Part shown: positions 9,703 to 18,984 of the stretch, one piece after another
Position numbering within the stretch: position 1 is the first letter of the stretch
Layout: each line of letters begins with the position of its first letter
DNA from: Candidatus Kerfeldbacteria bacterium
GTDB taxonomy: Bacteria; Patescibacteriota; Patescibacteriia; SBBC01
NCBI GenBank assembly: GCA_016207275.1
Contig: JACQPY010000007.1
Coordinates: forward strand, 10,265-74,264
Length of the DNA stretch: 64,000 nucleotides
Direction of reading: 5' to 3'
Notes under the pieces: model-generated
What the model saw: the letters and a program-made list of their open reading frames with translations, nothing else
What the model was told of the DNA's origin: nothing
Database searches by the model: none
Translations under genes and position numbers: made by a program

Positions 9703-10727
9703 TAGATACCGATGGGCTGGGCCGTGGCCGGCGGCCGGCGGCCGAGGTGCTTGTAGGCTTCAGCCGTGACCACCCGGCCGCGGGGCGTCCGGCCTAAGAA
9801 ACCGAGCTGTAAGAGAAACGGCTCGTAGACTTCTTCGAGCGTCTCGGTTTCCTCGGCCACGGCCGCGGCAATGGTACCTAGACCAACTGGCCCGCCGCCG
9901 AACTTGTCGATGATCGTTTCCAGGATTCGGCGGTCGATCTCGTCGAGGCCGAGCGTATCAATAGCCAAGGCCTCGAGCGCTTTCGCGGCCAGCGCCGGGC
10001 TGACCGGGCCGTTGCCGGCTTTGACCGCAACGTAGTCGCGAACGCGCTTAAGCAGCCGGTTCGCTACCCGCGGCGTCCGGCGCGATCGACGGGCGATTTC
10101 GGCGGCGGCCTCCGGCGCCAGCGCTACCCCCAGGATGGAACCCGAACGCTTCACGATCTGCTCAACATCCTCTGGCCGGTAGTAGTCAAGCCGAAACGTC
10201 AGGCCGAAACGGTCTCGGAGGGGACTGGACAAGGCGCTCATGCGGGTAGTCGCGCCGATCAGGGTGAACTTCGGCAGATCGAGTCGAATCGTCCGCGCGC
10301 CTGGCCCTTTGCCGACGACTAAATCGAGCTTGAAATCCTCCATCGCCGGGTAGAGGACCTCTTCAATCGTCCGGTTCAGACGGTGCATCTCGTCAATAAA
10401 GAGAATGTCGCCGTCGGCCAGGCTGGTCAGGATGGCCGCCAAATCACCGGCCCGCTCGATCGCTGGTCCGCTGGTGACGCGAATACCGGCGCCTAGTTCG
10501 TGGGCAATGACGTAGGCCAGGGTCGTCTTGCCGAGACCGGGATTGCCGTGCAACAAGATGTGCTCGATTGACTCGCGGCGCTGCTTAGCCGCGGCCAGGG
10601 CGATTTTCAAGTTCTGCTTGATCGCTTCCTGACCAACGTACTCGCTCAGCCGCCGAGGTCTCAACGTCAAATCGATCGTCTGGTCTTCGCTGCCAGCCTC
10701 CTCGGCAATGACCCGTTCATCAGCCAT
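9702..10727 (-). CDS. ruvB: Holliday junction branch migration helicase RuvB
   Basis: Walker [18 protein letters not shown], and a RuvB-type C-terminal winged helix. Confidence 0.9.
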   Translation of the reverse strand: MADERVIAEEAGSEDQTIDLTLRPRRLSEYVGQEAIKQNLKIALAAAKQRRESIEHILLHGNPGLGKTTLAYVIAHELGAGIRVTSGPAIERAGDLAAILTSLADGDILFIDEMHRLNRTIEEVLYPAMEDFKLDLVVGKGPGARTIRLDLPKFTLIGATTRMSALSSPLRDRFGLTFRLDYYRPEDVEQIVKRSGSILGVALAPEAAAEIARRSRRTPRVANRLLKRVRDYVAVKAGNGPVSPALAAKALEALAIDTLGLDEIDRRILETIIDKFGGGPVGLGTIAAAVAEETETLEEVYEPFLLQLGFLGRTPRGRVVTAEAYKHLGRRPPATAQPIGI

Positions 10728-10796
10728 AGTACAGGGGCAGCATACACGTTTTCCGTTGTTTTCTCAACAAAAACACGACTGCCGCGCCGTTAGGTC

Positions 10797-10995
10797 TTGA
10801 CACGATTTTCGACCCGTGCTAGGCTGCCACGTTCTGTCCGTGCGCTAGCCGCGAGCTATCTCGGGGGCACGACAAGCATGGGGACTATTCGCCGGTCGAT
10901 CTGGGGCAACCTCGATCGTACCAATGGATAATCTTCTTGCCCCTGAGGTAATTCTCGACTAACCCCAACCTCACGATCAAATACCCGGCGGGGGG
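10797..10995 (+). ncRNA. Candidate small non-coding transcript, with a promoter-like TTGACA-N17-TAGGCT (TG-extended) at 10797-10825
   Basis: There is no credible ORF. A GC-rich structured stretch (gtgc...gcac, cgatc...gatcg hairpins) ends in cccggcggggggcgttttt. It lies between the converging-strand genes ruvB and vanW. Confidence 0.25.
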
Positions 10996-11004
10996 CGTTT
11001 TTGT

Positions 11005-12831
11005 TTAGCCTTCTTCTTCGTCAGTATCTTTCGGCAAGTCTTTCACACCGACCAAACAAATTTCTCGCCACGGCCGGTAGTGGCTGGTGAACTTCGTATC
11101 AACTTTTTGACCATCGCCGTAGGTTACCGAGTAGGTAAAGTCCGCGTCAGAACCGGGGTGGGCTTTTTCAATGCACTTAGTCGTGCCCACCGGAATCTCG
11201 GTCGTTTCGATTTTCAGCGGCGGTGGCGGCGCGACCACATTGTAGACCTTGGGCGTCGAGCTGCTGGCCACCCGTCCGTCTTTGGTCCCCCAAAACTCGA
11301 AAACCAAATCGTCACCCTCGATCCGCGTTTGCAAGAGTAAGTAGGTCGGGTAGTCGTTCTTAAACCGGAAGTCTGGCTTGGGTTCATAAATCGTCGCGTC
11401 CATGCCGACCGGCGGTTCGTAGTACCGTACTCGGTACGAGTGGTTTTTCCGTTCAACCACCGGCAGGCCGGCATTGAGGACTAGCCGAAAGAAGGTCGTG
11501 CCGATCTGGCACAAGCCGCCGCCGAACTCAGGAATCGTACGATTTTCTTTAATCACCAGCTCCTGCCGGTAGCCGAGCGTCGCATCAACCGGACCGATTG
11601 CCTTAACCAGCGAGAATTCGTCGCCCGGCCGAACCAGCAAGCCGTTCAATAAATCAGCGCCAACCTTGATGTTGTGCCGGCGATTGACCGGGCTGCCGGA
11701 AAAGTTGGTCCGACCGACTGCCACCAGCTCTTTAACGCCGAGGTTACCAATCGTCTCGGCGGTTGCTTCGGGCTGGACCTCGCGCATGACCAAGGCCACC
11801 GACGACTCACCGCGCTCGAGCGCTCGACGAATGACCAAAACGCTGGCCTCAATATCGAGCTCTCGGCCCATGCTGCTGCCCTGGATCTGGGTGACCACGC
11901 CGTCGTTCAGGGCAAACTTCGCATTCTTCGCCACCGTGCTGACCTGCGGCAGCAACTCGGTCAAGTACGCTTCAACTGCCGCCCCATCAACCACCAAACT
12001 CAGTTGGCCGTTCTCGCGCACCGGCCGCAACCAGGTCACGAACGTGGCCAGTTTGAGCGTCACCGGCTGACCATCAGCCTCGAGCGTCACCGCGCCATCG
12101 TCCACCCGTTGCCGAACTTCAGGCAGCAAGGATTCGGCCTCACTCGCACTGACGAGCGGCACGTCTTCCTGGAGACTGACGGTAACCGGTTCAGCTGCCA
12201 GCGTCCGAATCCGACGCTCGACTTCCCGGCTAATCGCCGGGTAGTCAAAAGCGGTCCCAGCCTTTGGCGGCTTCATCGACACCTGCTTGCCGGTGAGGAG
12301 AAAGGACGGTTCAACGGCCGGATCCTCGTATGAACCGAGGGTGCCGGTCAGCGCTCGATTAAGGCCGTTAGCGTCAATAGTCACGGCTGGCGTAACCTGC
12401 GCCCCGGCGACCAGCGCCTGCAGTCGCGCCAGGGCCCGAACGAGCGGCGAACCATCCCGTCCAAAGGTCCTCATCTGCCGAACGGTGGCATCGGCGTTGT
12501 ACGACACCACGTCGCTGGCTAAGCCGAGATTTTTTGTATCGGCCACGGCGTACTCGAGCACCAATTCCTTGTCCTTAAAAACCAACTTGATGCCTTCGCC
12601 CTGGGCCTTCGAGAGTCCGGCCCGAATTACCGCCTCGGCTTCAGCCGCGGTTCGACCGCCCAGCGAGATGTCTGCAAATCGAACGCCGGGGCTGACTTTT
12701 CCGGCGTAGGCAACGTCGAGTACGGCGGCCGTGCCAACAATGATGGTCGCAGCGCCCGCGCCCAACAACAACCACATCCGACGTTGCGCCGGGGGTGATC
12801 CTGGTCGCTGCTTCACGGAGCGCTTAGCCAT
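11005..12831 (-). CDS. VanW-family protein
   Basis: C-terminal VanW core EFGGGLCQIGTTFFRLVLNAGL. N-terminal TM anchor. Confidence 0.7.
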   Translation of the reverse strand: MAKRSVKQRPGSPPAQRRMWLLLGAGAATIIVGTAAVLDVAYAGKVSPGVRFADISLGGRTAAEAEAVIRAGLSKAQGEGIKLVFKDKELVLEYAVADTKNLGLASDVVSYNADATVRQMRTFGRDGSPLVRALARLQALVAGAQVTPAVTIDANGLNRALTGTLGSYEDPAVEPSFLLTGKQVSMKPPKAGTAFDYPAISREVERRIRTLAAEPVTVSLQEDVPLVSASEAESLLPEVRQRVDDGAVTLEADGQPVTLKLATFVTWLRPVRENGQLSLVVDGAAVEAYLTELLPQVSTVAKNAKFALNDGVVTQIQGSSMGRELDIEASVLVIRRALERGESSVALVMREVQPEATAETIGNLGVKELVAVGRTNFSGSPVNRRHNIKVGADLLNGLLVRPGDEFSLVKAIGPVDATLGYRQELVIKENRTIPEFGGGLCQIGTTFFRLVLNAGLPVVERKNHSYRVRYYEPPVGMDATIYEPKPDFRFKNDYPTYLLLQTRIEGDDLVFEFWGTKDGRVASSSTPKVYNVVAPPPPLKIETTEIPVGTTKCIEKAHPGSDADFTYSVTYGDGQKVDTKFTSHYRPWREICLVGVKDLPKDTDEEEG

Positions 12832-12839
12832 CCTTAATT

Positions 12840-13358
12840 CTATCGCTCGTTGTCGTCCTGTTCTTCGTGGACGCGGACCGATTTGGCCCGCAGCTTGTCG
12901 GCCTTCGGCAGGACGACCGTCAAAATTCCATGCCTCAGCGTCGCCGTGACCTTTTCGCTCTTGACGTCAACCGGTAAAATGATTGAACGCGAAAATCCGC
13001 CCCAGTAGCACTCTTGGTAAAAGTAGTCTTGGGCCGGCACCTGCTGGTCACGGTGGCGAATCCCCCGAATCGTGACCATGTCGTTGTTGACGGTAATATC
13101 CAAGTCTTCAACCCGCACGCCAGCGACGGCGGACTGGACGACCACGGCCTCGTCAGTCTGGTAGACGTCAACGGCCAGCTGGCCTTCAAAGTTCTCGCCC
13201 AGCCAACGGTCGTCCCTCGGCTGCGTCGGCGGGTCGCTGGCTGGCGTTGCTGGGGAAATTCGACGTTCGGCCAAAACCGCACCGAAGAACGCGGCCGCCT
13301 CACCTGACGGCTGACGAACGGTCGGCGTACGTATTCCTTTATCTTCTTTCCGTGCCAT
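12840..13358 (-). CDS. Hsp20/alpha-crystallin small heat-shock protein
   Basis: ACD core LAVDVYQTDEAVVV...GILTVVLPK. The start was chosen at MARKEDKG (ATG at 13358). The longer ORF-track start is unlikely. Confidence 0.75.
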   Translation of the reverse strand: MARKEDKGIRTPTVRQPSGEAAAFFGAVLAERRISPATPASDPPTQPRDDRWLGENFEGQLAVDVYQTDEAVVVQSAVAGVRVEDLDITVNNDMVTIRGIRHRDQQVPAQDYFYQECYWGGFSRSIILPVDVKSEKVTATLRHGILTVVLPKADKLRAKSVRVHEEQDDNER

Positions 13359-13410
13359 ATCTTCAGTATACGAACTCTTCGGCAAACCAGCAACTAGTCG
13401 GTTCACTGAC

Positions 13411-13439
13411 TTGATTTTTCTGTTTCGATCAGCTAAAAT
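13411..13439 (+). promoter_or_regulatory. Near-consensus sigma70 promoter TTGATT-N17-TAAAAT on the plus strand, divergent from hsp20
   Basis: The -35 is at 13411-13416 and the -10 at 13434-13439. It points toward the tRNA-Glu locus. Confidence 0.45.
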
Positions 13440-13569
13440 CCGTTCTGCTCTACGGCCCATTGCCCGGCAAAGCCGGAAAGGAAAACGCCAGGTTTTTCCG
13501 GCCGCCACCTAGCGAGCCGTTCTCCACTCGGGCTAAAACCGCTAAACGTGAGCAACAAATCAAACGCTC

Positions 13570-13578
13570 TGGTAGAAT
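13570..13578 (+). promoter_or_regulatory. Extended -10 element TGgTAGAAT, about 18 nt upstream of the tRNA-Glu 5' fragment
   Basis: TGnTAGAAT at 13570-13578 looks like a tRNA promoter. It is positioned for the upstream partial copy, not for the intact tRNA. Confidence 0.35.
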
Positions 13579-13595
13579 ACAAAGAAGATTACACT

Positions 13596-13607
13596 ATGCC
13601 GCCATCG
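13596..13607 (+). repeat. 12-bp direct repeat atgccgccatcg, copy 1. It contains the first 10 nt of tRNA-Glu.
   Basis: Identical to 13946-13957, which overlaps the 5' end of the intact tRNA-Glu. It is followed by a GC-rich stretch that shares tctagtccg with the tRNA D-arm. Confidence 0.6.
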
Positions 13608-13696
13608 CCCGGCGAGGCCACGGCGGTAGCCGGGCAGGCCGGGTCCGGCAGTCCGGCGGAGCCGGACGTCGCCGGATCTAGTCCGCTCTCAAGAAT

Positions 13697-13972
13697 ATGC
13701 CATACTTTGTCTATGTATTAAGAAGTATCAAGACTGGCAGATTGTACTGTGGGAGCTGTGGTAATATCCAGGTTCGCTTGAAACAGCATAATGCGGGTCA
13801 AGTTGCTTCTACAAGACCGTACAGGCCATGGGAGCTCCTACGGAGCGAAGAATACACCACCAAATCGGAGGCACGAAAAAGAGAGTTACAGTTAAAAAAT
13901 TCTGGTGTTGCACGAAAGCAATTGAAGACAAACCCACAGCATTACATGCCGCCATCGTCTAGTCCGGTCTAG
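13697..13972 (+). CDS. GIY-YIG nuclease family protein (UPF0213/YhbQ-like, URI domain)
   Basis: MPYFVYVLRSIKTGRLYCGSCGNIQVRLKQHN has the GIY-x10-YIG and R/E/N core. Its 3' end reads through into the tRNA-Glu. Confidence 0.6.
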   Translation: MPYFVYVLRSIKTGRLYCGSCGNIQVRLKQHNAGQVASTRPYRPWELLRSEEYTTKSEARKRELQLKNSGVARKQLKTNPQHYMPPSSSPV

Positions 13973-14025
13973 GACGCCAGGTTTTCATCCTGGTAACAGG
14001 GGTTCGAATCCCCTTGGCGGTACCA
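13948..14025 (+). tRNA. tRNA-Glu (anticodon TTC), 78 nt including the encoded CCA
   Basis: Acceptor GCCGCCA/TGGCGGT, anticodon loop TTTTCAT, T-arm AGGGGTTCGAATCCCCT. Close to canonical bacterial tRNA-Glu. Confidence 0.85.
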
Positions 14026-14095
14026 ATCAGCTTTTTCCCGCCACAATAATCCAAAACTTCAAGGAGGGCGGGATCCCGCTCCGCGGGACAAGCTG

Positions 14096-14128
14096 AGAAC
14101 AGGGGTTCGACTCCCCTTGGGGCTACCA
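14096..14128 (+). other. Orphan tRNA 3'-end fragment (T-arm, acceptor 3' strand and CCA), a partial duplicate of the tRNA-Glu 3' end
   Basis: aacaggggttcgactccccttggggctacca versus tRNA-Glu aacaggggttcgaatccccttggcggtacca. No matching 5' acceptor, D or anticodon arm could be folded upstream. Confidence 0.5.
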
Positions 14129-14149
14129 CCCTGAACCAGTAACAAAAAA

Positions 14150-14172
14150 CAGGCGGCTTGCCCGTTTTTTGC
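14150..14172. terminator. Possible bidirectional terminator (A6-GC stem-T6)
   Basis: aaaaaacaggcggcttgcccgttttttg. The stem is short and imperfect. It lies after the tRNA cluster and before the converging 14188..14388 gene. Confidence 0.3.
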
Positions 14173-14187
14173 ATTTGCTTGTTTAGC

Positions 14188-14388
14188 CTACATCATGCCC
14201 GCGGCTTTCGCTACTTCGTCGGCGCTGTGGTAGGTCGCCTCGGGCACCTTGTCCATAAACATCTTTTTGTGTTCTTCGGGCACGTGCGACATCGTGTTGC
14301 ACGCTTCCCAAATGTCCTTCTTGGTGGCCGGGTAGGAAATGTGACTTTTAAGGTGCTCGGTCATCTCCTGCATGTTCATGTCGTCCAT
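14188..14388 (-). CDS. DUF2795-like small protein
   Basis: LKSHISYPATKKDIWEACNTMSHVPEEHKKMFMDKVPEATYHSADEVAKAAG fits the DUF2795 pattern (YPAtK...lPe..Y.s..eV). A GGAGG-type SD is upstream. Confidence 0.55.
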   Translation of the reverse strand: MDDMNMQEMTEHLKSHISYPATKKDIWEACNTMSHVPEEHKKMFMDKVPEATYHSADEVAKAAGMM

Positions 14389-14695
14389 CGAGAATCACCT
14401 CCTTTGCGTTCACGAATAGTATGGTTGAAGCGTGTGCGGAAAAAATCTGATTGTCAACCGCCGGCCGGTCGGTTAGGCAGCCTACCAATCCGGTTGGCAT
14501 TGCCGGTTTTCTAGCGGACGCCTTTACCGCAAACAACGCCCACGCCTTGACGCGGCGGGACAGTTAGGTTAAGGTCGGGGACTGCTCGTTGAAAACGTCG
14601 GTGCTGTTTTTAAGCGCCGATACATACTTCAGTCTTCAGTGCGGCTGTGTACCTCTCGCTACGCTTGGGTACACGGTTCAAAGGGGGTGAATAAC

Positions 14696-15172
14696 GTGGA
14701 ATGGACGCACGAAAGCAGAACGTCCACAATGAATCCAGCTCTCCGGGAACGTATCCTGAGCCGCCACCAAACTCTCTGCGTGGAGGGCCGGGAGTATGGC
14801 TATTTCGTCATTCAGCGGTCTCTGCCAGGCGCTCCCAGGTTCTTCGTCGGGCGCGACGAGACTTCCGGCTACTTCATCATTTCCGACGAGATCAAGGGGG
14901 AGTTCCGAGAATTGGTCTTGCGGCACGAGATGTTCGAGATCGGCGTGCTCGGCGGCCACGGTCAGAACAGATGTCAGAGTGCGCTCTTCTACGAACTCGC
15001 GCACTGTCCGCATCAACTTCTGCGCGACTACCTCGCCTACCGCCTTGACATGATCCAGCACCTGATCGCCTGGGTCGACGACCCGCAGCGCGTCGGCCAG
15101 TATCCGGCCGAACGCCGTCGTGAGATCGAGCGGACGCTCAGACGGATCAAGAATCTGCTGGCCACCCGCTGA
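14696..15172 (+). CDS. Hypothetical protein
   Basis: GTG start with SD AAGGGGGTG. GC3-rich codons. Promoter-like TTGACG-N17-TAAGGT and a GTGTACC-N14-GGTACAC inverted repeat lie in the leader. The equally long antisense ORF 14678..15202 lacks an SD. Confidence 0.45.
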   Translation: MEWTHESRTSTMNPALRERILSRHQTLCVEGREYGYFVIQRSLPGAPRFFVGRDETSGYFIISDEIKGEFRELVLRHEMFEIGVLGGHGQNRCQSALFYELAHCPHQLLRDYLAYRLDMIQHLIAWVDDPQRVGQYPAERRREIERTLRRIKNLLATR

Positions 15173-15243
15173 CGCCGAAGTCGTCCTCTGTTCGTACAAC
15201 ATACGCCCGATTCAGGACATCGTTCTGGGTCGGGCGCCTTATT

Positions 15244-16047
15244 TTACACCGTCTTCAAAAACGCCTCACTATACTGCGGCTGTGGTTTGACTGGGGTTGA
15301 CAGCTTCCACAGAACCTCAAACTGCAGCTTCATCAATTCAGTAAACTCCCGGCTCTGGACCGTAAATCCGAATGCCTCCTGCTTCGAAGAAATAAATCCG
15401 ACTTTGTCTTCATAAATCACGTGACCCATGTCCCAGCTTATACCTTCCGGAGCAAAGCGCTGTTCCCGGAGGAATTTTTTGCCGACGCCAAGGTATGGTG
15501 CGTCTTTAAAAGAAACTGCTTTATCGCGCGGCCACAGCGTCCGGATTGAAATGCCAAGCCGGATGCGTCGTCGGTGGAAGTTGGCCATATAGTCAGCGCC
15601 GAGCACGTCCACCATTTCGCGAAACGGCCACATCGAAACTACCTCTATTCCATTATACCACAGCGTATCTCGTAACACGTGCTTAACCCCTTCTGCGCCG
15701 GGATAAAACTTCATTCGCGGTTCAATGCTCCTTGATTGTTTGAGCATCGACGGCAGAACTGTTTTCAGTCGCCGGTCTTCTTGCTGCAGCCTTTCGATTT
15801 TGAACTGGAGAAGCTGCGACAGATGGCGGACATCGTCAACCTGAAATACTTTCGTATGCTCTTCATCCCGCTCGACGACCAAGCCGCTCTTCATTAATAA
15901 TTTCAGGTGGTCGTAGACCGAAGGCCGGGGGAGTCCCAGATTCTCGGCAAGTTGCCGGGCCGATAAAGGACCTGAACCCAACAGCCGCTCGTAAATTCGA
16001 GTGGCGTTTTCAGGTATTCCGAGAAGATCGAAGACTGCTTTATCCAT
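15244..16047 (-). CDS. TrmB-family HTH transcriptional regulator
   Basis: N-terminal LLGIPENATRIYERLLGSGPLSARQLAENLGLPRPSVYDHLKLLMKSGLV matches the TrmB wHTH. The gene is markedly AT-richer than the window average. The start was chosen at MDKAVF. Confidence 0.6.
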   Translation of the reverse strand: MDKAVFDLLGIPENATRIYERLLGSGPLSARQLAENLGLPRPSVYDHLKLLMKSGLVVERDEEHTKVFQVDDVRHLSQLLQFKIERLQQEDRRLKTVLPSMLKQSRSIEPRMKFYPGAEGVKHVLRDTLWYNGIEVVSMWPFREMVDVLGADYMANFHRRRIRLGISIRTLWPRDKAVSFKDAPYLGVGKKFLREQRFAPEGISWDMGHVIYEDKVGFISSKQEAFGFTVQSREFTELMKLQFEVLWKLSTPVKPQPQYSEAFLKTV

Positions 16048-16174
16048 AGGTTTGAAGTGCTTAATTCGTCGGATTTCGACGACAGATAGACAGTATGGAT
16101 TCAATGCTATACGGTGTCAAGTTCCCCAAATTATGGAGAACGCCAGCTCGTCTACAACCAGGAGGAATGAGAAA

Positions 16175-16768
16175 ATGTTCGTCGTTGCGCTCGTGCTTGC
16201 GGCGTTGACTGGCGGAGCGACTTGCGTTTCAGCTGATGCTATCGCCTTCTACTTCGGTCAGCAGTTGGCCGGAACCGGAAGTGCTGCTGAGGCCACGATC
16301 AATCGCGGAGCAATCGCGTTCGTCCCCTGGCTCGCCCTCGACGGCAGCAAGTTCGAGACGCTGGTCATGGCGCGGTACGCGGATTCCACGGCCACGGTCG
16401 CGTTCGGTCCGCTGCTCGGCTCGAACAATAACCCGAAGTCAGGCGCGACGCCGTACTTCGGAGCAGAGGCCAGGGGCAAGGTTCAACTTTGGCACTCTCG
16501 TTTCATCTTCCGCCTGGTGGAACGGCACACCAAGGAGGCGTTGCTTGCCCGTTTCGCCAATATCGGTCTAGAGGCAGGTCCGCCGCAGTTGCTCGTTCGG
16601 CTCTCCTACCAACCGATCCAGCGCAACCGCGTCGTGACCCACCGCCTGGCGCTCAAAGCAGTAACGTCGTACCGCAATGCCAAGGTCGGCGTCGAAATCC
16701 GTCAGAACTTTGACGGCAGTAACCGCAAAGGCGCCTTGGCTGAGGTCGTCATCCCGCTGAAGCGATAA
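16175..16768 (+). CDS. Secreted hypothetical protein
   Basis: SD AGGAGG at 16159. Signal peptide MFVVALVLAALTGGATCVSA. Divergent from the TrmB-like gene. Confidence 0.5.
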   Translation: MFVVALVLAALTGGATCVSADAIAFYFGQQLAGTGSAAEATINRGAIAFVPWLALDGSKFETLVMARYADSTATVAFGPLLGSNNNPKSGATPYFGAEARGKVQLWHSRFIFRLVERHTKEALLARFANIGLEAGPPQLLVRLSYQPIQRNRVVTHRLALKAVTSYRNAKVGVEIRQNFDGSNRKGALAEVVIPLKR

Positions 16769-16882
16769 AGATCGTTCGTCACGCCCGGCATGGATTGTAC
16801 ATCCGTGTCGGGCGCCTTCTTTTTTACCGACACGAGCTGAACGGCTTCTTGCCCTAAAATCACACTCTGCTACACTCGGGCT

Positions 16883-17413
16883 ATGCCCGAACGAGAAGGT
16901 TACGCCCCGACAGATGCTGAGCAATTTCGTTTTCCGGAATCGGAGGCTGGAGCTAAACAGCCACAACCATCCACGACTCCAGCGGAACAGGAGAAAATTC
17001 TGACTGACAAGCCTGAACTTTCGGTCGCCAGCCAGACCGAGGAGAAACACCCTCAGCCGTCGGACAGCATCGATGCGGAACTAGCGCCGTATCAACAAGA
17101 AGCTCAGCAAGAAGTAGTTCGAGAAACCACCCGCGCCCTCGGTGATTTCTGGGAGCTGCTGCCGCGGCGCGGCCAATTGGAAAAAAAGGACGTCGAAGGT
17201 CTGATTGACCACACCGACCTTGCAGTATTAACTTCAGTTCCGCGACGAGAACTGACCGCGGCCATCCGCAACCAGCGGCTAAACGAGAAACCTAAGCCGG
17301 AATTCATAACCAAAGGCCTAGACATCTTAGGAACCTGGATACACCTTGAGGCACTGAAGCGAGGCGGGGACCGATGGCTCGCCAGACCAAAAAACACTGA
17401 CACTCGGCGCTAA
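16883..17413 (+). CDS. Hypothetical acidic protein
   Basis: 176-aa ORF with a low-complexity Glu/Gln/Pro-rich N-terminus. Confidence 0.35.
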   Translation: MPEREGYAPTDAEQFRFPESEAGAKQPQPSTTPAEQEKILTDKPELSVASQTEEKHPQPSDSIDAELAPYQQEAQQEVVRETTRALGDFWELLPRRGQLEKKDVEGLIDHTDLAVLTSVPRRELTAAIRNQRLNEKPKPEFITKGLDILGTWIHLEALKRGGDRWLARPKNTDTRR

Positions 17414-17483
17414 GACCAGTGGTAAAGCTTGTCAATCGGGCGGGCAGCTCTGCACCGATCGACTTCTGTTATACTGACAGCGG

Positions 17484-18983
17484 ATGAACCGTCTGTCCGT
17501 TATCGTCGTGCTGCTGCTAACCACTGTTGGTGCAACGCTCCTCGCCCTCAACCAAGCCAACCACGCGGTCATCCTGACCACCGACTCAATTGTCTACGTT
17601 GATACGGCCCGGCACATTGCCGATGGCCAGGGCGTCGCCACCTCGATCCTGACGCTCGACGCCAAGCAGCTGCCGAATCCGCAAACGCAGTACCCGCCGC
17701 TCTACCCAATGGTGATGAGTCCGTTCATCCGTTTTGGCGTTGAACCGATTCTGGCCGGACGGTTGGTCAGCGCCATTAGCTTTGGCTTGACCGTGATGCT
17801 GCTCGGCCTGTGGGCCTGGCGATTGGCCGGGCCGTTGGCCGGATTGGCTGCGGCTGCACTTGTCACGACGTTGCCGGCCATGACTTCGGTGGCCGCCGCA
17901 GTTTGGGCTGACAGTTTGTACACGTTGCTCGTAACCGGCCTGGCTTGGTTAGGCTGGGAATTAACTCAGAAACCAGCTGGCCGGCTGCGCTGGTTTGTAC
18001 TTGGCGCGCTGGCCGGCCTGGGCCTACTCGACAAGTACCTCGGCATTCTGCTGCTCGGCGTGGTGGCCGTGACCGTGCTGCTGACGTTGCGCCACGGGCC
18101 AGCGCGCTGGCTGGCAATTCAGCGATTGGGCCTGGCGCTGGCTGGCGTGGCGCTATTCGCCGTTCCGCTCTTGCTGCGCAACGTCATGCTCAATCGCGCG
18201 ATCGGCGGCGCCGACCGCGGGCCGTCATCGCAGCCGCTGCTTGACATCATCGGTGATGCCCTGGTCACGGTCTCAGGCGATTTCACCGCGACCGTGCTCT
18301 GGATAGCGACGCTCATCGTCGTCGTTATCACCCTAGGTATCTCTCTACGGAACGCCGAATCACGCCGGCCGCTGGCCGCGCTCTGGCCAATCATTATTAC
18401 GTTTGTGGTATACCTGGTCGGCCTGATTGCCGCACGATTTCTCATCGACACCGACCGCATTCACACCCGTTTTACCATGCCCGTCTATCCGCTGGTCGTG
18501 CTGCTGTACGTGATCGTGATCGCTTGGGCAGCAAAAACGTTTAACCAGCGCGCCAGCAGTATTGTCCTAGCCGCGCTCGCGATCGTCTCTATTGCCTGGT
18601 CAGTCAAAACCTACGACTTCACCAGCCCAGCCTACACGCCCAAACCATCGTCACGCACTATGCTGATTGCGCAGCTAACGACTGAGCGCGACCTGATTAT
18701 CGGCGACCGGGCGCGGGAGTACAACTTGTTTCTTGGAAGAGCCGTCATCCAACTGAGTGACGACCAGACTGAACCGAAGTTGACGCCCGAGCGGTTGGCA
18801 GAACTCCACAACCGCTGGTCAGGGCGGTTCAATCGGACAGTACTGGCTTTTTCGCCAAACCTGGATTCAAAGGAGTACGGGCCGCTGGCAGCGCAGTTAA
18901 GCAGCGGCGCACCACTCGAGGGACTCAATCTCGTTCGAGCTGAACGACCGTTATTCGTCTATCAATATCAAGCCTCACCCTAA
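17484..18983 (+). CDS. GT-C fold glycosyltransferase, ArnT/PMT (GT39/GT83)-like polytopic membrane protein
   Basis: N-terminal loop DSIVYVDTARHIADGQG resembles the ArnT/PMT DE-motif loop. More than 10 TM segments. Confidence 0.55.
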   Translation: MNRLSVIVVLLLTTVGATLLALNQANHAVILTTDSIVYVDTARHIADGQGVATSILTLDAKQLPNPQTQYPPLYPMVMSPFIRFGVEPILAGRLVSAISFGLTVMLLGLWAWRLAGPLAGLAAAALVTTLPAMTSVAAAVWADSLYTLLVTGLAWLGWELTQKPAGRLRWFVLGALAGLGLLDKYLGILLLGVVAVTVLLTLRHGPARWLAIQRLGLALAGVALFAVPLLLRNVMLNRAIGGADRGPSSQPLLDIIGDALVTVSGDFTATVLWIATLIVVVITLGISLRNAESRRPLAALWPIIITFVVYLVGLIAARFLIDTDRIHTRFTMPVYPLVVLLYVIVIAWAAKTFNQRASSIVLAALAIVSIAWSVKTYDFTSPAYTPKPSSRTMLIAQLTTERDLIIGDRAREYNLFLGRAVIQLSDDQTEPKLTPERLAELHNRWSGRFNRTVLAFSPNLDSKEYGPLAAQLSSGAPLEGLNLVRAERPLFVYQYQASP

Positions 18984-18984
18984 G

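Noticed and set aside
14040-14128. Possible second complete tRNA after tRNA-Glu
   Set aside because: Only the T-arm, acceptor 3' strand and CCA are present. No complementary 5' acceptor strand, D-arm or anticodon arm could be found upstream, so it is called a 3' fragment.
14678-15202. 174-aa minus-strand ORF nearly coextensive with the plus-strand 14696..15172 ORF
   Set aside because: No SD. The plus-strand frame has an AAGGGGGTG SD and a strong GC3 bias. Treated as an antisense shadow ORF.
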